Source: an uncultured Candidatus Saccharibacteria bacterium (GTDB lineage: Bacteria; Patescibacteriota; Doudnabacteria; UBA920). From it: a DNA stretch of 64,000 nt. The stretch is taken from positions 77,945-141,944 of the forward strand of contig CAZHIA010000002.1 of assembly GCA_964532425.1 (NCBI GenBank). The letters are read 5' to 3'. Positions within the stretch are counted from its first letter, which is position 1; every line of letters begins with the position of its first letter. Both the position numbers and the translations under genes were made by a program. A model generated the notes under the pieces. It was not told the DNA's origin and made no database searches. It saw only the letters and a list, made by a program, of their open reading frames with translations. Of the stretch, positions 59,105 to 64,000 are shown piece after piece.

Positions 59105-59191
59105 AGGTGCTGATCTTTTTGAATTTTGTTTTTGTTTCTTGAAACCGATAACCTTGCTTATATTATAGCAGATTGTAAGGTTTTTTGCAAA

Positions 59192-59878
59192 TTATCCGCC
59201 AAATCCCTGGTAAAATTCTAGCGTATCAACCGTGGCCTTAAAGACATCCATAAAATCTTCCTGGGCTTTGGCTGTTTTCGTTTCTAGGATGAATTGATAG
59301 AACCGTTTATCCTGGTTGGAGACGATGATCATGGTCCAGTACGGCATATTGTTTATAGGCCGGGATGCGGTCAGGCGGTATTGTCGGGCCTGGAATCCGT
59401 TTATCGTGCGATCCCCATCATTTTGCAGATTTCCGCGGGGAAAATAGTTCTCTTCCTGGTCTTTAAGCCACGCATCGAAGCTTACGCGTTGGAGGTTGTT
59501 GTAGGTTTTTACCTCAATAATAGCCTGGTCATCTTCCAGTTCTTTGATAAAGTTTATGCGTTCGGAGGCGAAAAAGTAGTCACCTTCTTCGAATGAGCCG
59601 ATGACTGACCACCAGGAACCGGGATATTTAAAACGAAATCCCCAAAAATCATTATGGTAGAGCTGTTCGTCCCTTGCTGCTTTTTTGTCGGGCAGGTCGG
59701 TGCCCCCCACTGCCGCCCGGTGCATTTCATAATAATAGAGGAAACCTAGAGTAGCGGCTGCCGCAATGATCAAGCAGATGATCGATAATGTTATAATGAG
59801 CCGTTTCGACAGGCGCACGCCGATATCGGGAGGCGCTGACTCGACGTATGGTTGAGTTTTATTTTCTTGTTGGTCCAT
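59192..59878 (-). CDS. Membrane-anchored PsbP-like domain protein
   Basis: Single TM helix; YHNDFWGFRFKYPGSW, TINGFQA and FKATVDTLEF. Confidence 0.7.
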   Translation of the reverse strand: MDQQENKTQPYVESAPPDIGVRLSKRLIITLSIICLIIAAAATLGFLYYYEMHRAAVGGTDLPDKKAARDEQLYHNDFWGFRFKYPGSWWSVIGSFEEGDYFFASERINFIKELEDDQAIIEVKTYNNLQRVSFDAWLKDQEENYFPRGNLQNDGDRTINGFQARQYRLTASRPINNMPYWTMIIVSNQDKRFYQFILETKTAKAQEDFMDVFKATVDTLEFYQGFGG

Positions 59879-60078
59879 AGTTGGTATTTATATTTTAGCA
59901 TAAGTTAGTTGAAAACGTTCACCAAATAACATTTGGAAATACAATCGAAATGCAGTAGAAATATATAGAAATACAATTGTATTTCTACGGTATTTCCATC
60001 GTATTGCTATTGTATTTCTCTGTTCATTTTTCATTGCCTCCACACCCCGCCTATGATAAAGTAAACATAGATACGCCT

Positions 60079-61176
60079 ATGTCGAAACAAAAACTCCTCT
60101 ATAATATAGTCATCAGCATGGTCGTGCTTATTGTGCCGCTGTCGTTGTTCGCCCAAGTACCGAGCAGTAGTAACTTTCGGCTGGATACTTCTGACTTTAA
60201 CTATAGCGACGGGCTCATGAGCAGCTCCAGTAATTATTCTTCGCGGGCGGCAGCGGGCGCTGTTGAAGAGAATAAAAATACCTCCTCGGCCTTCCATTTC
60301 TTTTCCGGGTTCTTCCCTCCGTCCTATCCGGGGATTCCGGGAGTGCCGACGTTAACCAATACTGGCGGCATGCTCTATAATTCTTTGGATTTCATTATCA
60401 GTACCGGAGGTAACCGTGCTGATACCAATTATGCCATCGCGATTTCCAGCGACGGATTTGCCACCACTAAATTTATCCAAGCGGATGATACGGTGGGGGA
60501 TGTGCCAGCCTGGCAGACCTATATTGCTTGGGGCGGTGGCACTGGTCAGCGGGTCTATGGATTGACGCCGAATACCACATACCAGATCAAGGTCAAAGCC
60601 AGGTTCGGTCCGGACAGCGAGACGGGATATTCGCTCGTGGCCCAGGCTGCTACTATTTTGCCGACGCTCACGGTTATTATAGAGGGGTTGCCTGCCGGTA
60701 CGGCTATTGGCACTGCTACAACCACGGTGTCTTCCTCGCCAACCGATATTATCTTTAACGCGCTGCAGCCCGGTACTATAAAAATTGCCGGCCAGCGGGT
60801 AACGGTCACGACGAATGCTACAGCCGGATATACGACCACCCTGTCCCAGGATCACGACCTGGCCAGTCCGACCGGCACGGTTATTCCCGCAGTGGTCGCA
60901 ACCAATGCCAGCCCGGCCCCGTGGCCGATAGGAGTCACGTTTGGCCGGTTCGGGTATCATACGACAGCTACTGCGCTGTGCACCGGCAATCCCACCCGCT
61001 TCGCGTTGGACGATACCTTTGCGGCAGCCACTTCCACGCCATATGAGATCGCTTGCAATACAGGTCCGGCCAGCACGGAACGCACTAATCTGGTATTTAA
61101 GGTGGAAGTGGGGAATGTGCAGTCTGCGGGCAGATACAGTAATCTGATCACGTACATAACTACCCCCCAGTATTAA
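60079..61176 (+). CDS. Secreted protein with an FN3-like domain and WxL-like C-terminal domain
   Basis: Signal peptide; GLTPNTTYQIKVKAR (FN3); C-terminus AGRYSNLITYITTPQY. Confidence 0.8.
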   Translation: MSKQKLLYNIVISMVVLIVPLSLFAQVPSSSNFRLDTSDFNYSDGLMSSSSNYSSRAAAGAVEENKNTSSAFHFFSGFFPPSYPGIPGVPTLTNTGGMLYNSLDFIISTGGNRADTNYAIAISSDGFATTKFIQADDTVGDVPAWQTYIAWGGGTGQRVYGLTPNTTYQIKVKARFGPDSETGYSLVAQAATILPTLTVIIEGLPAGTAIGTATTTVSSSPTDIIFNALQPGTIKIAGQRVTVTTNATAGYTTTLSQDHDLASPTGTVIPAVVATNASPAPWPIGVTFGRFGYHTTATALCTGNPTRFALDDTFAAATSTPYEIACNTGPASTERTNLVFKVEVGNVQSAGRYSNLITYITTPQY

Positions 61177-61212
61177 ATTGTGCTATAATAGAACCATAAT
61201 TATTGCTTATTT

Positions 61213-62202
61213 ATGCGAAATAAATTGTGCAAATGGCGCTTATTCGGGGGTTTCGTTGCCGTTGTCATGTTGGTTGCGGGGTTCCTTGCCATCGGAGCGC
61301 CGGCCCGGGCGCAAATGGGTCCTGCTGGCCAGGGGCTAACCATTACTCCATTTTTGCTCGAACGCCAGATGCAAAAGGGTGATACGAGTAATGAGATTAT
61401 TGACATTATCAACACTTCGGATCAGCCGATGCCGGTGGACATTACGATCAACGATTTCGTTCCTGTCGGAGACAATGGCCAGCAGCTGTTTATGGATGGG
61501 GGAAAGGGCGATCCCCGGTACTCGCTGTCCAGCTGGATAACGATCGAAAGTAATCCAAAACAGAATCTGGCGCCGCATGAACGCACGAGTCTGGAATTCT
61601 CCATTCATCCGCCGATGAATGCCGAAGATGGTGGGCATTACGGAGCGATCCTTTTCAGCTTTATGCCCCCGCAGCCCGAAGGCAGCGCTGTAGCCGTAGC
61701 CCAGAAGTTGGGTGCCATCATTTTGGTCAAACTCGGCAAAGTCAGCGAATCCGGGCAGATCGTCAAGTTTGGAGCAATCAAGTTTTTTCATGAGTATCCG
61801 CCTGTAGAATTCACGACAGTCTTCAAGAATACGGGAAATGTGCATGTGAAGCCGCGCGGTTCCATTGTGGTTACCAACATGTTTGGTCGGAAGATAGCCA
61901 GTGTCCTGGTAAATGAGAATGCCAACAATGTCCTGGCTGATACCGAACGCGCATTTACGAGCACCTGGAAGGATCGGTTCGGGTTTGGTCCGTATCGGGC
62001 AGAGGTGAGGCTGGTGTACGGGGATTCAGGACAAATAGAGACAGCTCGTACTACTTTCTGGATTATTCCTTGGAAGATCACACTTGCTGTTGCTGCCGGA
62101 CTATTTATACTGCTCGTATTGCTTATTGGCGGTGTCCGTCGCTACAACCGCTGGTTGCTCAAGAGGGCATATGCGGTCCAGCCGGTCAAAAAGGATAAAT
62201 AA
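61213..62202 (+). CDS. DUF916/WxL-interacting-like membrane-anchored protein
   Basis: Signal peptide, LSSWI, PPMNAEDGGHYGAILF, NTGNVHVKPRG and a C-terminal TM helix with basic tail. Confidence 0.75.
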   Translation: MRNKLCKWRLFGGFVAVVMLVAGFLAIGAPARAQMGPAGQGLTITPFLLERQMQKGDTSNEIIDIINTSDQPMPVDITINDFVPVGDNGQQLFMDGGKGDPRYSLSSWITIESNPKQNLAPHERTSLEFSIHPPMNAEDGGHYGAILFSFMPPQPEGSAVAVAQKLGAIILVKLGKVSESGQIVKFGAIKFFHEYPPVEFTTVFKNTGNVHVKPRGSIVVTNMFGRKIASVLVNENANNVLADTERAFTSTWKDRFGFGPYRAEVRLVYGDSGQIETARTTFWIIPWKITLAVAAGLFILLVLLIGGVRRYNRWLLKRAYAVQPVKKDK

Positions 62203-62284
62203 GCTCGTACGAATAAACACCTTCGCGAAAGCGTGGGTGTTTTTTTATAATCCGGAGGGCACCGCTTATCCGTATAGCGAAGCA

Positions 62285-63760
62285 TTCCTGCAGTGTAGGG
62301 GCAGCCGATCCTGCCTGCCGGTCATCGACTCCGAGGCCGCCCAGACTCGAGGAGCAGGCAGGAGGCGCCGGCTTCTTAAAGCACCAAAAACAAATCTCAA
62401 ATTACAAACAATATCCAAATTTCAAATTCAAAATTCTGCAGATTGGATATTGAATATTGTCTCCCTCTGGGAGATCTACCGCAGGTATGAGGTATGAGGA
62501 AGTAGTCTCAAAACCTCCTTGTGGCGTCATTCTGAGTCCTGAGTTCGACGAAGGACGAAGAATCTCATGATCGGTAAGAGATACTTCGGTCGTCTGACTC
62601 CCTCAGTATGACGCCGGAGAGGGAGTATCCTGGTTTTGAGACCGCTTCTAGAATAAATCTTAAAATTTGATGCTTGGGATTTGGAATTTGAACGGCGGGC
62701 AGCTGACGCTAGCCCCTACGGGGAACAGTGTCCTGCAGCGTAGGGGCAGCCGACAGGCGTCAGTTAAAACGTATCACAAAATCATCAGGAGAACGGGCTG
62801 CTGTCGCACGCCCCTACACCAGACAGGTGTGCCTTGCGGCGGAGGGGTAGCCGCCTTGAGAAGCACCAAGCTCCAAATTGCAAATACCAAATAATATCCA
62901 AATCTCAAATTTAAAATTTTGCAGGTCTTGTGTATTGGGAGTTGGTATTTAATTAAGACTGGATGCTTGGGTTTTAGAAATTTTTGAGACCGGCAACCAC
63001 CACTTGCCCTTACGGGGGATCGTGTCGTGCAGTGTAGGGGCAAGCGATAGCTGCCCGTTTGGATGGTTGTACTATCTTATTCAGAGACGGTCGGATTATT
63101 CGCGTAGAATTTTTTTGTCACGCCTCCCTGTAAAGAAAACGCAGTCCACAAAAATTTTCAAAGAAATTTCGTACCCTGCAAAATTGTGCGCTCGATAAAT
63201 CTTCCGGAGGAAAATAAATTACATTTTGAATTTAGAATTGGATTTTCAAACTCTTAAGTAGGCTTGCTCCTGCATAGATAAAGTGCACCCACAGTGTAGG
63301 GGTCACCGATAAGGATCACAAAAATCGTATTTGCATTTTCTGCATGAGCGGGCTGCTCCTGCCTGCCGGCAGGCAGGATCGCACACCCCTACAGAAATCA
63401 AATACACCTTCCTGCAGCGTAGGGGCAGCCGATCCTGTCTGCCGGTCATCGACTCCGAGGCCATCCAGACTCGAGGAGCAGGCAGGAGGCGCCCGCTTCT
63501 TAAAGCACAAAAAAACAAATCCCAAATTATAAATAATATCTAAATTTCAAATTTTAAAAAAATTGCAGTTTTTGAATTTTGGATATTGTGATTTATTTGG
63601 GATTTGGTACTTGAGATTTGGAATTTGAAAGGCGGGCTGCTATCGCACACCCCTACACTGCAGGGAACAGTGGGATGTATTTGTAGGGGCAGGATTCATC
63701 CGCCCGCTGCTACATGACGGCCTGTTGTGGAGGGGGCAGCTGGCGCTCGCCCCTACAAAG
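62285..63760. repeat. Cluster of REP-like GTAGGGGC/GCCCCTAC elements with a duplicated ~145-bp unit and heptamer arrays
   Basis: About 11 GTAGGGG/CCCCTAC motifs in alternating orientation; 62285-62428 is repeated at 63409-63553. Confidence 0.85.
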
Positions 63761-64000
63761 AACAGGACTACTGACAGCGTAAGGGTGAAATTTACCAATG
63801 CGCCATCCGATGGTGCTTTGGATTTGTCATGTCCACATCGTCTACCCTGGGCGGTAAAGGCGGGTAGGGTACAGGAAGTGACGCGTACTGGATCGAATGC
63901 ACTCCTTCCGCTTTTCTGCTTGACATTCTTAAAAACAACGATATACACAAGCAGGCCAGAAAAAAAATTGGGGAAAAAGTTGCCAAGGGTATTACCAAAT

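Noticed and set aside
62084-63998. Short ORFs in the terminal repeat region
   Set aside because: Mostly translations of REP and heptamer repeats. 63792-63998 could be the end of a gene outside the window but cannot be supported.

Overview
This is a 64 kb chromosomal window from a small-genome bacterium, most likely Patescibacteria/CPR. That assignment is inferred from housekeeping genes without Shine-Dalgarno (SD) motifs, a short TsaB, a membrane-anchored Clp ATPase, a PaaX/Cas2-like gene and many PEP-utilizer His-domain genes. Recognisable core genes are tsaE, a DHH phosphoesterase, a PilB/GspE ATPase, polA, rpsT, uvrB, ruvA, a FemABX-family protein, a LOG-family protein, murE, tsaB, an ABC-2 exporter, a CCA-type nucleotidyltransferase with HD domain, rpoB and rpoC. 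I saw no rRNA, tRNA, CRISPR array or intact transposase by eye. The main leads are: (1) a wHTH + Cas2/PaaX-like gene bracketed by two loopless 40-42 bp palindromes that differ by compensatory changes (42.1-42.9 kb); (2) an operon of three phospho-His swivel-domain proteins, only one with an ATP-grasp domain, plus an MtxX-like protein (9.3-15.1 kb); (3) a rod-shaped RNA upstream of an apparently inactive GIY-YIG-like protein, followed by two covarying structured repeats (15.3-16.3 kb); (4) a transcript from a consensus promoter in which densely folded RNA segments alternate with genes of unknown function (39.2-41.8 kb); (5) strong SD motifs confined to orphan genes; (6) a WxL/DUF916-like surface-protein cluster with three mosaic paralogs (54-62 kb); and (7) many inverted arrays of short repeat units and REP-like elements. 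All family assignments come from motif recognition by eye, not database searches.
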